From NCBI RefSeq assembly GCF_009914755.1, contig NC_060929.1: DNA of 64,000 nt. One strand, written 5' to 3'. The stretch is from the human T2T-CHM13v2.0 reference genome, Homo sapiens. A program made the position numbers and the translations under genes. Of this stretch, positions 12,451-34,194 are shown in pieces (the stretch's first letter is position 1; the number at the start of each line of letters is the position of its first letter). The notes below the pieces were generated by a model, which saw only the letters and a program-made list of their open reading frames with translations, ran no database searches and had not been told where the DNA came from.

Positions 12451-12863
12451 GAATGCTATGTTTTAATGTTGGACCCTTCCAAAGCTCACGTTGAACTTTA
12501 ATTAGATGTGAAGCCTTTAAGAGGTTATTGAGTAAGGAAGGATCTGCCCTTATGAATAGATTAATCTATTCAAGGCTTAATGGATGAAAGGGTTAAAGGA
12601 TTAATGAGTTATTATGAGAAAGAGACTGGTTCATTTATGAGAAGAGAGAGACCCGATTTAGCATGGTCCCCTGGCAATGTGATGCCTTGAGCCACATCTG
12701 GGCACTCTTCAGAGTGTTTCCACCAGCAAGAAGGCCCTCACCAGATGTGGTCCTTCAAAGTTGTACTTCTCAACTTCCAAAGCTAAAAGAAATGAATTCA
12801 TTTACCTAAAATTACCCAGTTTTAGATATTTTATTATTAGAAACAGAAAACAAATTTAAATAT
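12451..12863 (+). mobile_element. MSTC/MSTD-type ERVL-MaLR solo LTR
   Basis: tgctatgttttaatgtt start, gcccttatgaatagattaat, cagcaagaaggccctcaccagatg, taaaattacccagt ending. Confidence 0.75.
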
Positions 12864-12894
12864 GTATCTATCTTTGTTAATAATACATTGTTAT

Positions 12895-13060
12895 GAGCAA
12901 GGAACCCTGGAGTCATAATTCCTAAATGTGAACCCATGTACAATACATTTTGTTTTGATGTATTTAACAGTTTATTCAATATCTTGGTTTCCTCATTTTG
13001 AAATGGAGATAATAGCATACCTACCTCATAAATATTTGGGGACTACTAATGAGTGAAAGT
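12895..13060 (+). mobile_element. MIR SINE relic
   Basis: MIR core: ggtttcctcattttgaaatggagataatagcatacctacctcata. Confidence 0.7.
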
Positions 13061-13139
13061 ATATATATATATATATAGATAGAATAGCAAACTGTCTCAC
13101 CTGTATCTAATCACGGACTTGTTCATTTTTTCAAAAATC

Positions 13140-13250
13140 TAGCTATTGAGAGAATACTTTTTTCTTATTTTGTTTACTACTGTATTCTCAGTGTCTAGAA
13201 GAGTACATGGCACAAAAAAGGTGCTCAAAATATTTTCTACATAAAATAAA
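13140..13250 (+). mobile_element. L2 3' end
   Basis: tgtttactactgtattctcagtgtctagaagagtacatggcaca...ggtgctcaaaatatt, the typical L2 terminus. Confidence 0.65.
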
Positions 13251-14063
13251 ATAAGAATAATGAAAGATAATCAAAACATATATAAAGATGAAAACAAAGC
13301 AGATAGATTGATGATGTATATATTAAAAAACATTTCTGTGCTGAACTTAAAAATCAAATATTCCAGCAAGACTATTTGTCACAAGCTTTAACAGTAATCT
13401 TATAATAGTCTTTATTTTTATCAATTTTATCTTATATTTCTCACTGCTGTCATTTAACATATTTTAGAGTAAAATAATTTGGTGTCTATAATTTTACATC
13501 ACATTAAAGTTGCATAGTGAAAAAATGGTCAATAAAGTATATTTTAGTCATTTCATTCTGTATGAATCAATATTTGTGTGCTTTTTCAGACTCAATCAAT
13601 ACATTCTACTTTTTCCAGAGACCCGTGACATCAACTTTATAAATATTTATTTATGTAACTATCTGCCTATCTATGTACAGTCATGTGCTGCAAAATGAGC
13701 TTTCAGTCAACAAGAGACCACATATATGAGGGTGGACCCATAAGATTATGGTGTAGCTGCAAAATTCCTATTGTCTATTAATGACTATATTTGTAATTAT
13801 TATTTTAGAATGTACTTCTATGTATAAAAGAAGTTTACTGTAAAATAGCCTCAGGTATGTCTTTCAGGAGGTGTTCCAAAAGAAAACATTGTTACCATAA
13901 GAAATGAAAGCTCCCAGTGTGTTAATGCCCCTGAAGATGTTTCAGTGGGACAAGATGTGGAGGTGAAATACAATGATATTGATGATCCTGATTCTGTGTA
14001 GGTATAGGTTAATTTTGTGTTTGTGTCTTAGGTTTTAACAAAAATATTTAAAAAGTAAAAAGC

Positions 14064-14189
14064 AGATATACCTAATGTTAAATGATGAGTTAATGGGTGC
14101 AGCACACCAACATGGGACATGTATACATATGTAACTAACCTGCATGTTGTGCATATGTACCCTAAAATTTAAAGTATAATAAAAAAAAA
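14064..14189 (+). mobile_element. Very short (~125 bp) L1PA3-5-like 3' end
   Basis: agatatacctaatgttaaatgatgagttaatgggtgcagcacaccaacatgg...ccctaaaatttaaagtataat plus an A-tail. Confidence 0.9.
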
Positions 14190-14364
14190 CTTATAGAACA
14201 AGGTTAAAAAGAAAGATGATAATTTTGTACAGCTTACAATGTGTTTGAGTTTTAAGCTAAGTATTATTACAAAAGAGTCAAGAGATAAAAAAACTAAAAA
14301 GTTTATAAAGTAAATAAGCTACAGTAAGCCTAGGTTAATTTATTATTAAAGAATAAGAAATACA

Positions 14365-18549
<4,185 letters not shown>

Positions 18550-21500
18550 AATAAAAAATACATACATTTAGTGCAGCCTGTGTACAGTGTTTAGAAAGTC
18601 TACAGTAGTGTACAATAATGTCCTAGACCTTCTCGTTCACTTGCCTCTCTCACTCATTGACTCACCTACAGCAACTTCCAGTCCTCCAAGCTCCATTTAT
18701 TGTAAGTGTCCCATACAGGTGCACCACATTTTATCTTTTACATAGTGTTTTGACTGTACCTTGTCTATGTTTGAATATGTTTAGTTACACAAATACTTAC
18801 TATTGTGTTACAATTGCCAAAGTATTTAGTAAGTAACATGCTGTATGGTTTGTAGCCTAGAAGCAATAGGCTATCCCAGATAGCATAGGTGGGTAGTAGG
18901 CTATGTCATCTAGATTTGTGTAAGTACTCTCTACAATGTTTATACAATGATAAACTTGCCTCATGACACATTTCTCAGAATGTATCCTGTAATTAAGTAA
19001 TGCATGACAGTCTATATAATTTCAAAATATTTTATTCTTATTTTAGACACATTGTTTCTTTCCCATATTTTAGCCAAATATATATTATGTAAATATAATT
19101 AAGTATAGTCCATATGTTTGGCATAATTGCAGTTTTATAGAGTTGCAAAAATACTGAGTAACAAATTCAGATCTTCACCCATTAAACACATCCTTGTTTC
19201 CTACTCAATATTCAATTATTCTTTGTAAATTGTCCAGTCACAGAATCATTCTATCTCTAATATAAGTACCTTGAGAGTTAGAAAATTATAGCTCACATAT
19301 TTACAGATTCTTATAAAAGATTTATATATTGGAGAGCCCGGGGATACATAAATAATATAAATGGAAATTGTTATTTGAAGCCAATCATTTATTTACAGGA
19401 CATTCATCTAATTTTTGAGTCTAGACTGAAGCACAGATTATTCTTCTCATGTTGGTTTTCAAAAAAACTGTCAAATATCAAAGCAAGTATAATAATTTGT
19501 GTATTACTGACATTTGATTTATGATAATATGCTACTATTTTAAATATTTCAAGCAACAAAATAATACATGAAACTATATTTTTATATTTGTTTATATTAT
19601 AAATATGTATGACACAATAGGAATTACTTATGAATCTTTTAAAATAGATTACATGTTAGAAAATATTTTAGGTTAAGTGTCCCACTTAGCAGTAAAGACC
19701 ACTGGCAACATTATTATCAAAAACATGACAGAATAAAGAAAGAATTACAGGATGTGGTTTCTTCTTTTCTTAAGTGCAGTTTTAAGTTCACAGCAAAATT
19801 AAGAAGGTACAGAGATTGCTCATATCCTTGCCCACACATGCATAGTCTTTAGCATTATCAGCATCCCCTACCAGCATGTACATTTGTTACAACTAATGAA
19901 CCTAACTAACACATCATTGTTACTCAAAGTTCACCATTTACATTAGGGTTCACTTTTGGTGCTGTACGTGCTATGTGTTTGCACAGATGCATAATGACAT
20001 GTATCCACCATTATAGTATCATACAGAGTAGTTTTACTGTCCTAAGAATCGTCTGTGCTCCACTTAGTCATCTATCCTTCCCTATCACCCCTGGGAACCA
20101 ATAATTTATTTCGATCTCCTTAGTTTTGCCTTTTAAAGGATGTCATAGAATTGAATCACACACTGTGTGCCATTTTAAATTGGCTTCTTTCAATCACCAT
20201 TATGCTTGTTTTTCCTTTATCTCTTTCTATGGTTTGATGGTTAATTTCTTTTTTGGTGCTATACAATATGCTATTGTTTGGATGTACCGCCTTTTACTGA
20301 AAGCTATCTCAATGCTTCCAAGTTTTATAAATTATTAATAAAATTGCTATAAACATCCATGTGCAGGTTTTTGTGTGGAAATCAGTTTTCAACTCATTTG
20401 CGTAAATGCCAGGAAGAATGATTGCTAGGTTATACAGTAAGAGGCTATTTCATTTTGTAAATAAACACCAAACAGTCTTCTATCATTTTACATTCTCACC
20501 ACAAATTTTTGAGAGTTTTGTTGTTCTACATCCTCGTGAGCATTAGGTATTGTCAGTGTTCTGGATTGTAGCAATCAGTGTTATCTCATTGCTTTACTTT
20601 GCATTTTCCTAACGATCTATGATTGTGAGCATCTTTTTATATGCTTATTTACCATGTGCCTATCTTCTTAGGTAAGGGTATCTGTTACGCCTTTGGCCCA
20701 TTTAAAAAATCTTATTCTGTTCTCATTGAAGAGTTTTAAGAGCTATTTGTACATTTTGGGTGTCAGTCCTTTAAAAGATATGTATGTTTTTGCAAATATT
20801 CCCTCCAAGTCAGTGGATTCTATTTTCATTCTCTTGACAATGTATTTTGCAAAGCAGAAATTTCTAATTTTAATGAAGTTTAGTTTATCAATTATCTCAT
20901 TCACAGATTGCACTTTTGGCATTGCATCTAAAAAGTCATCACCCAACCCAAGAGCATGTAGATTTTCTCCTATATTATCATGGAAGAGTTTTATAGTTTC
21001 ATATTTTACAGTTAGGTCTGTGATACACTTTGAGTTAAGGTTCATGAAGGGTATAAGGTCTATGTTCTTTTTCTTTCATGTGAATGTCCAGTTTTTTCAA
21101 TATCATTTTTTGAAAAAGTATCTTTTCCCCATTGCATTGTTAGTCAAAATCACTGGACTATATGTATGTGGATTTATTTCTCTATAGTCCATTCCATCAG
21201 TTCATTTGCTTCTTTTTTAACCAATACCACACTGTCTTCATTGCTGTAGTTTTAAATACATCTTGAAGTTGAGTAGTGTCAGTCCTTCAGCTTTGTTCTT
21301 CTTCTTCAATATTGTGTTGTCTATTCTGGATCTTTTGCATCTCTGTATAAACTTTAGAATAAGTTGGTCTTAACTGCAAAATAACTTTCTGGGATTGTGA
21401 TTGGTATTGCAATGAATCTATAGATCAAGTTGGGAAGAACTGACATGTTGATAATATTGAGTCTTGCTTTCCATGAACATAGAATATCTTTCCACTTATT

Positions 21501-22568
21501 TATTTTTTTGATGACTTTTATGAGAGTTTTGGAATTTTTCTTTATTATGTCTTATACATATTTTGTAACATGTTTAAGTATTTTTATTTTGAGGAATGCT
21601 AATAGATGATAATGTCATCTGTGAACAAAGATAGCTTTATTCTTTTATCCCAAACTCTATATATTTTATTTATTTATTTTTACCTTATTGCATTACTAAG
21701 ACTTCCAGTATGATGTTGAAAATCAGTGGTGAGAGAGGACATCCTTGCCATATTCTTGATCTTAGCAAGAAAGACTCAAGTTCCTTACTATTAAATATAA
21801 TGTTAGCTGTAGTTTTTATTTTTCATCAAGTTGAGGATGTTTCCTTGTATTTCCTAGTTTTTGAGAGTTTTTACATAAATGGGAATTGGATTTTGTCAGA
21901 TGCTTTTTTTTAATCTATTGATATGATCATGTGATTTTTCTTATTTTGCCTACTGATGTGATGGATTACATTAACTGATTTTTGAGTGTGGAACCAACCA
22001 TGCATACCGAGATAAATCCTACCTGGTTGTGGTGGATAGATCTTTTTATATATTTTTGTGTTTCATTTGCTAATATTTCCTTTTTAAAAATAGAATAGTT
22101 TTTTAGTCCTCTGCAGATTTTTACTTTATATAGTTGAGATTATCTTATATATGATTTTAACAATGGTTGACACAGCACTCTTTACAAGTTTTATAAGTAA
22201 GTTGTTATGTCCACTATCTTTTCTTTAAGGCTTTTTGCATCTATGTTCATGAGAGATATTGGTCAATAGTTTTTTTTCTTTTTCTTTTAATGGCTTTTCT
22301 GGATTTGGTATCAGTGTAATGCTGCCTTCACTGAATGAATTAGAAAGTATTCCTTATTTTCTCTTCTGAGAGAGATTCAAGAGAATTAGTATTGTTTCTT
22401 TCTTAAATGTTTGGTAGAATTCACCAGTGAACTCATCTTGTTCTGATGTTCTTTTTCAGGTTATTAAATATTGATTTAATTTATTTAATAGACAGAGGCC
22501 TATTTGGATTATCTATTTATTTTTATGTGTTTTGACAGAGCATGCCTTTTAAGAAATTGGTCTGTTTT

Positions 22569-22877
<309 letters not shown>

Positions 22878-22932
22878 TCAAATAGTTTATCAGCTTTGTA
22901 TGTATGTAATTGTTCATAGCATTTCTTTGTAA

Positions 22933-23870
22933 CTTTTTAATTTTTATAGATTTAGAGGTGCAGAGGTACAAATTCCGTTGTGTTACATGAATATATTGCA
23001 TAGTGGTGAAGTCTAGGCTTTTAATACAGCCATTATTCAAAGAGTATACATTCTACCCATTAGTTAGTATTTCATTTCTTCCTTTCCCTCCACCCATCCA
23101 CACTTTAGAGTCTCCAGTGTCTATTAGTCCATACTGTATATCCATGTGTACCTATCGTTTAGCTCTTACTTTCAGGTGAGAAAGAGAAGTTATTGATTTT
23201 CTGCTTCTGAGACATTTCACTTAGGAAGATGGTCTCCAGTGCCATCCATGTTGCTGCAAAAGACATAATGTTATTCTTTGTTATGGGTAAATAGTATTAT
23301 ATTGTTTGTGTGTGTGTGTATGTGTATGTATCTATCACATTTTTTCTTGTCCAATCATCTGTTGATAGACACTTAGGTTGATTCCATGATTTTGCTATTG
23401 TGAATAGTGATGAGATAAAAATGTAAGTGCAGAAGTTGTTTGACATAATGGTTTATTTTCCTGAAGGTAGATACCCAGTAGTGGAATTGCTGAATCAAAT
23501 GGTAGTTCTATTTTACTTATTTGAGAAATATCCATACTGTTTTTCATAGAGGTTATACTAATTTACATTCCCACAAATATGTATAAGTGTTTCCTTTTCT
23601 CTGTTTTTTCACAAACATCTATTTTTTCTTGACTTCTTAATAATGGCTATTCTGAGTAGTGTAAGATGATTTCTCATTGTGGTTTTAATTTGCATTTCTC
23701 TGATGCTTAGTGATGTTGGGCATTTATTCACGTTTGTTGACTGCTCTATGTCTTCTTTTGAGAAATGTCTTCACATTCTTTGCCTTCTTAATAAGGTTAT
23801 TTGTTTTATTTCTTGTTGAGTTATTGAGTTCTTTATCAAATGCATTATTGGAAAATAATTTCTCCCACAT
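22933..23870 (-). mobile_element. 5'-truncated L1PB-like LINE-1 nested in L1MC
   Basis: ttacatgaatatattgcatagtggtgaagtctaggctttta is an antisense L1PB4-type 3'UTR. Confidence 0.75.
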
Positions 23871-24414
23871 ATCATCATTTTAATGACTATACAATTCAAA
23901 ATGGCCCTTTTTCATTTTTGATATTAGGAATTTGTTTTTCTCTCCTTTCTTCTTAGTGAACTTGACTCTACAGGCTCAGTGATTTTATGGATCTTTCCTA
24001 AGAACCAGCTTTTGGTTTTCTTGGTTTTCTGTATGATTTTCTGTTTTCAGTTCAGTTGACTTCTGCTTTAATTCTTATCATTTGTTATCTTCTACTCACT
24101 TTGAGTTTAACTTGCTCTTCTTTTTCTGATTTCCTAAAGTGGAGGCATAGGCAATTGATTTTATACTTTTTTTTCTTTTGTAACATGTGAATTCAATGCT
24201 ATATATTTCCCTCTAAGCACTGCTTTTACTGCATTCCTCTAATTTTGTTGTCATGTTTTGTTGTTATTTAGTTCACTTTTTAAGTGTGGTGCTGAGTGAA
24301 AGGCAGCTTACAACTGTTTATATTCAATCAGAACAACTAGAAGGAAGGAAGAGTGAGAATTTTGAAAAAATTTTAAGTTAGAAAATACAATTTAGTTTTA
24401 GTTTATGTAAATAA

Positions 24415-25753
24415 TAGTACTCTCATTAACCATCACCACTTTGTCTCCTCCCTTGCTACCTTTCCTAGCCACTGGTAACCATCATTCCAACATTGTACTA
24501 TCTCTGATATAGTTTGGATATTTGTCTCCATTCAAATCTCATGCTTAATTGTAATCTCCAGTGTTGGAGGTGGGACCTGGTGGGAGGTGTTTGGGTCATG
24601 GGAGCCGATCACTTATAGCTCGGTACTGTCTTCATGATAGTTAGTGAGTTCTCAAGAGATCTGATTGTTTAAGTATGTGGCATCTCCCCCCACTTACTCC
24701 TCCTCTCTTTCTTGCTTTTGCCAGGTGAAGTGCTTGCTCCTCCTTCACCTCCCACCATAAATAAAAACTTCCTGAGATCTTCCCATAGGCAGAGGCTGCC
24801 ACTGTGCTTCCTGTGAAACCTACAGAAATGTGAGCCAATTTAATTTATTTTATTATTAATTACCCAGTCACAGATATTTCTTTATAACAATGCAAGAACG
24901 CCTAATAGAATCTCCATGAGTTCGATTTTTTTCACTTTTATCTCCCACAGATGAGTGAGAACATGAGAGTGTTTTTTTTTTTGTATGCTTGACTTGTATT
25001 TCACTTAATATAATTCCTTTCTGTTTCTTTCATGTTGTTGCAAATGACAGGATTTCATTAATTTTACAGTTGACTAATACTTCATCATATAATGTACCAC
25101 ATTTTCTTCATCCTTCCATCCAGCGATGAGCACTTAGGTGAATTCCAAGTCTTAGCTATTATGAGTAGTGCTGCAATAAGAGAGCTGCACTGTTATGAAT
25201 AGTGCAGATAGCTCTTTGACATTCTGATTTCTTTATTTAGGATATGTACCTAGCAGTGAGATTGCTAGATTATATGGTAGTTCTATTTTTAGTTTTTTGA
25301 GCAACCTCCATAATGTTCTCCTTAGTGACTGTATGACCATTTTAACACGATGAGATGACAACTCTTTGTAGTTTTGATTTGCATTTCTTTGATGATTAAT
25401 GATGTTCAACATTTTCTTTTCATAGAGCTATTGTCCATCTGCACATCTTCTTTTGAAAAATTTCTATTCAGATCTTTTGACCATTTAAAAAATCTGATTA
25501 CATGGAATGAATGTAGTATTTGATAACACAACAGGGTGACTATAATCAATAATAATTTATTGTCTATTTTAAAATAACTATAAGAGTACAATTGGCACTA
25601 ACACAAAGAAATGATAAATTCTTGAGGTGTTAGCTATCCTAATTACCCTAATTTTTTAGTTATACATTATATGCTGGTATCAAAATATCACATGTATCCC
25701 ATAAATATGTACACCTATTCTGTACTCACAATAGTTTAAAATAATTTAAAAAA
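24415..25753 (+). mobile_element. L1MA2/3-like LINE-1 with 5' inversion (24415-~25500 antisense, ~25500-25753 sense 3' end)
   Basis: Antisense ORF2-end/3'UTR block followed by a sense terminus (tagtatttgataacacaacagggtgactata...cccataaatatgtacacc). Confidence 0.75.
24505..24909 (+). mobile_element. MSTA-type MaLR solo LTR
   Basis: tgatatagtttgg...cctaataga. Perfect 5-bp TSD atctc at 24500-24504 and 24910-24914. Confidence 0.9.
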
Positions 25754-25833
25754 TGATATTTCTCTCTGGACACCCTGCTTGTCAGATTTTAATTTAAAAA
25801 ATGATATTTCTCTCTGGACACCATGCTTGTCAG
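25742..25833. repeat. 48-bp-period tandem duplication
   Basis: taatttaaaaaatgatatttctctctggacacc(c/a)tgcttgtcag occurs twice with one mismatch. Confidence 0.95.
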
Positions 25834-26619
25834 TTTTTTTTTTCATTTTGTTAAAACCATAAAATGTTTTGCAAAGAAGCTTAAAGAACTACTGAGAAAC
25901 TCTTGAAAACACTTTAAATCATTTCTAAACACAAGGAGGACTCTAATAATTAAAGTAACTGAGCAGAAATAAAAATGAGCAGAAAAATGAATCTTAACAA
26001 GTAAACATACTTCTTTATTCTCTAAATTAAATTCTAGAATACTGCGATAAAGTATCAAGCACAAAGAGTGCATCTGGGAATTTCAAATAAGTATTTTCTA
26101 AAGGTGGTAAAAATTATTTCCTTATTATACAACTGGCCACATGCATGATATTGAATGAAAAACTTCAACTTTTTGGCTTATGGATTTTAATTAAATAATT
26201 CGAAGGACTGAACAAATTTGTTATTTAATTCTAAAGCTATCTCTGACCATTCATATTGGTTTCTTGGAGGTATTCTAAGGGCTCTGACGGCCACTGGGAA
26301 ATTACAGAATAAACAAATTTACTTTAGGCTTCACCTTCCACAATTTTTCAGCTATAACAGCACTTTTTGAACTTTGAATTGCTTTTTAATATATTGCGAT
26401 TTTGTGTTATATGTCACTTTCATGAAGTTTTCCAGTCTTTAACGACAAATGGTTCAGAAAATGTTGGACTGACCATTCTCTAAAATTCAGTGATTTTCTT
26501 GATAAGAAGCTAATGCTTATTTTCTACATGTTCAAAATACTTTCTAAACAGATATTTTAATAAACTATTAGTATAACTCTTAGTGATATTTGGAAATAAA
26601 TAATTTGATGTCTTAAGAA

Positions 26620-27250
26620 TTGTATATATTTAAATTAAATATTATATTTTTATTTTTAAATTTAAATTTATATACAAATATATAAATGTCTATATATGTA
26701 AAGTTAATATTTACATGGTGTCAATATTTAAGTTAATATACATATAAATTTAAAGGCATAAATTGATTAATATTTATGAAATTTACACAATATTTTATGT
26801 ATATTAGTATTTAAATTAATACACATAAATTCACATGTATATTTATACTTACATATAAATATATGTTTATGCATATATTTATATATATTCACATATAAAT
26901 ATATGTATATAAATTATAAATTATACATATATTATATATACATATATTTATATGTAAATATATAGAAATAAATATACATGTAAAAGTATAAGTATAAATA
27001 TTAATATAAATATATATATATATTTATGTACATATATATTTATATATAATATAGTACATATATGCATAAATATAATATCTATATTTATATGTATATAAAT
27101 GTATATACATATATACATAAATATAAATATACAGGTAAATTTATATATAAATACTTGTAGGTATACAAATATATGCATATATATTTGCATTTATATATTT
27201 AAATATATGTAAAATTGGGTAAAAGATCATTATACATACATATGTATAAA
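26620..27250. repeat. AT-rich low-complexity / degenerate (TA)n tract
   Basis: About 600 bp of tatata/tataaa/tacata units. Confidence 0.9.
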
Positions 27251-27663
27251 TGTAGAAATTTATTCACTTCTGCTAAAAACATTTTGTTTTCACACCAATA
27301 AGACACTAAAGTCATGCAAATAACACAAAGCTTCTTGCAACAACTATATTTTTCTTCAACTAGAAAAATATCTCTGCAATGCAAAGAATACAATTCCATT
27401 AATTAATTAAAAATGACTCCAGAGCACAAATATGAGTTTTTCTTTTATTTTTTTTTAAATTGTACTTTAAGTTCCAGGGTACATGTGCACAATGTGCAGG
27501 TTTCTTACAAATGTGTACATTTGCTGTGTTGGTTTGCTGCACCCCTTTAACTCATCATTTACATTAGGTATTTCTCCTAATGCTCTCTCTCCCCCATCCC
27601 CCCACCCCATGACAGGCCCCAGTGTGTGATGTTCCCCGCCCTGTGTCCATGTGTTCTCATTGT

Positions 27664-31463
<3,800 letters not shown>

Positions 31464-31526
31464 TATGATATTAGCTGATTATTTTGCCTGCTAGTTGTTG
31501 CAGTTTCTTCCTAGCATTGATGGCCT

Positions 31527-32554
31527 TTACAATTTGTTATGTTTTTGCTGTGGCTGGTACTGGTTGTTCCTTTCCATGTTTAGTGCTTCCTTCAGGAGCT
31601 CTTGTAAGGCAGGCCTGGTGGTGACAAAATCTCTCAGCATTTGCTTGTCTGTAAAGGATTTTATTTCTCCTTCACTTATGAAGCTTAGTTTAACTGGATA
31701 TGAAATTCTGGGTTGAAAATTCTTTTCTTTAAGACTGTTGAATATTGGCCCCCACTCTCTTCTGGTTTGTAGGGTTTCTGCTGGGAGATCTGCTGTTAGT
31801 CTGATGGGCTTCCTTTTGTGGGTAACCTGACCTTTCTCTCTGGCTGCCCTTAACATTTTTTCCTTTATTTCAACCCGGGTGAATCTGACAATTATGTGTC
31901 TTGGGTTGCTCTTCTCGAGGAGTATCTTTGTGGTGTTCTCTGTATTTCTTGAATTTGAATGTTGACCTGCCTTGCTAGGCTGGGGAAGTTCTCCTGGATA
32001 ATACCCTGAAGAGTGTTTTCCAGCTTGGTTCCATTCTCCCCATCATTTTCAGGTTCACCAATCAACGAAAATTTGGTCTTTTCACATAGTCCCATATTTC
32101 TTGTAGGCTTGGTTTGTTTCTTTTTTTTCTTTTTTCTCTCAACTTCTCCTCTCGCTTCATTTCATTCATTTGATCTTCAATCACTGATACATACCCTTTC
32201 TTCCACTTGATCGAATTGGCTACTGAAGTTTGTGCATGTGTCACGTAGTTCTCATGCCATGGCTTTCAGCTCCATCAGGCCATTTAAGGTCTTCTCTACA
32301 CTGTTTATTCTAGTTAGCCATTCGTCTAATCTTTTTTCAAGGTTTTTAGCTTCCTTGCGATGGGTTCGAACATCATCCTTTAGCTTGGAGACGTTTGTTA
32401 TTACCGACTTTCTGAAGCCTCCTTCTGTCAACCCATCAAAGTCATTCTCCATCCTGCTTTGTTCTGTTACTTGCGAGGAGATGTGATCCTTTGGAGGAGA
32501 AGGGACACTCTGGTTTTTAGAATTTTCAGCTTTTCTGCTCTGGTTTCTCCCAAT
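31527..32554 (-). pseudogene. L1 ORF1p, disrupted
   Basis: Fragments in different frames (RAAREKGQVT..., QEIWDYVKRPN, IIQENFP). Start codon reads ATT at 32554-32552. Confidence 0.9.
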
Positions 32555-34194
32555 CTTTGTGGTTTTATCTGCCTTTGGTCTTTGATGATGGTGACCTACA
32601 GATGGGGTTTTTTGTGGATGTCGTTTTTGTTGATGTTGATGCTATTCCTTTCTGTTTGTTAGTTTTCCTTCTAACAATCAGTTCCCTCAGCTGCAGATCT
32701 GTTGGAGTTTGCTGGAGGTCCACTCCAGACCCTGTTTGCCTGGGTATCACCAGCGGAGGCTGCAGAACAGCAAATATTGCAAAACAGCAAATATTGTTGC
32801 CTGATCCTTCTTCTCAAAGCTTCATCTCAGAGGGGCACCCAGCTGTATGAGGTGTCAGTCGGTCCCTACTGGGAGGTGTCTCCAAGTTAGGCTACATGGG
32901 AGTCAGGGACCCACTTGAGGTGGTCTGTCCAATCTCAGAGCTCAAACACCAGGTTGGGAGAACCACTACTCTCTTCAGAGCTGTCAGACAGGGACGTTTA
33001 AGTCTGCAGAAGTTTCTGCTGCCTTTTATTCAGCTATGCCCTGCTCCCAGAGGTGGAGTCTACAGAGGCAGTTGGGCCTCCTTGAGCTGCAGTAGCCTCT
33101 ACCCAGTTCGAGCTTCCTGGCTGCTTTGTTTACCTACTCAAGCCTCAGCAAAGATGGACACTCCTCCCCCAGCCAGGCTTGCTGCCTCGCAGTTTGATCT
33201 CAGACTAGCAGTGAGCAAGGGTCCGTGGATGTGGGACCCACTGAGCTATGCATGGGATATAATCTCCTGGTGTGCCGTTTGCTAAGACCATTGGAAAAGT
33301 GCAGTGTTTAGGTGGCAGTGTCCCAATTTTCCTGGTACAATCTGTCACAACTTCCCTTGGCTAGGAAAGGGAAATCCCCTGACAGCTTGCACTTCCCGGG
33401 TGAGGCGATGCACCACCCTGCTTTGGCTCGCCCTCCATCGGCTGCACCCACTTTCCAACCAGTCCCAGTGAGATGAACCATGCACCTCAGTTGGAAATGC
33501 AGAAATCATCCATCTTCTGCATTGATCACGTTGGGAGCTGCAGACTGGAGCTGTTCCTATTCTGCCATCTTGGAACGGAACTTGAGTTCCAAAACTATGT
33601 GTTTTTCAATGTAACATATATGAAAATCCAGAATTACACCCACAATTTAACCTGTAGTAATTCACATCATAACATTGACTTAACAAATGGTTTATGTCCT
33701 CTTTGAAATAGAATACATTTTATATAGAGTTAAACTTGTTGATTTTCATTTATATAGCTATATATTGAAAACAAGAAATATATTTCTTAAATTTTGTAAT
33801 AATTGTAGAAATCGATACTGCTAAAAGAAAAATTGAATTAGGCAAATTTTTTATTATTTTATTTTTGCCAAATTTCTTTAATTTTTCTAATTTTTTAAAA
33901 ATAATTCTTATTATTGAACATGAACAGTTTGTGAATTATGAGAAAATGATTCTACCAATTTAACCAGTACCCAGATTAAGGAATACATTTTAACCATATT
34001 TAAAAAACTTCTTTTTATGCCCTTTCTCAATCATCAATATCTCCTTATTCCACAAAAAGAAAAGCCATTATTTCTAACACCATAAATGAGGTTGCCTGAA
34101 ATTTATATAAATGGAAAAATACAGTATTCACTTTTTTGTGTCTGGCTTCTCTCTGTCAACTTTGTTTGTGAAATTCGTCTGTGCTGTATATAGC

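Noticed and set aside
20693-21187. 164-aa hydrophobic ORF resembling a membrane protein
   Set aside because: It is the antisense reading of A-rich L1 ORF2, which routinely gives F/L/I/S-rich frames.
26948-27190. 80-aa I/Y-rich ORF
   Set aside because: It is a translation of the TA-rich low-complexity tract.
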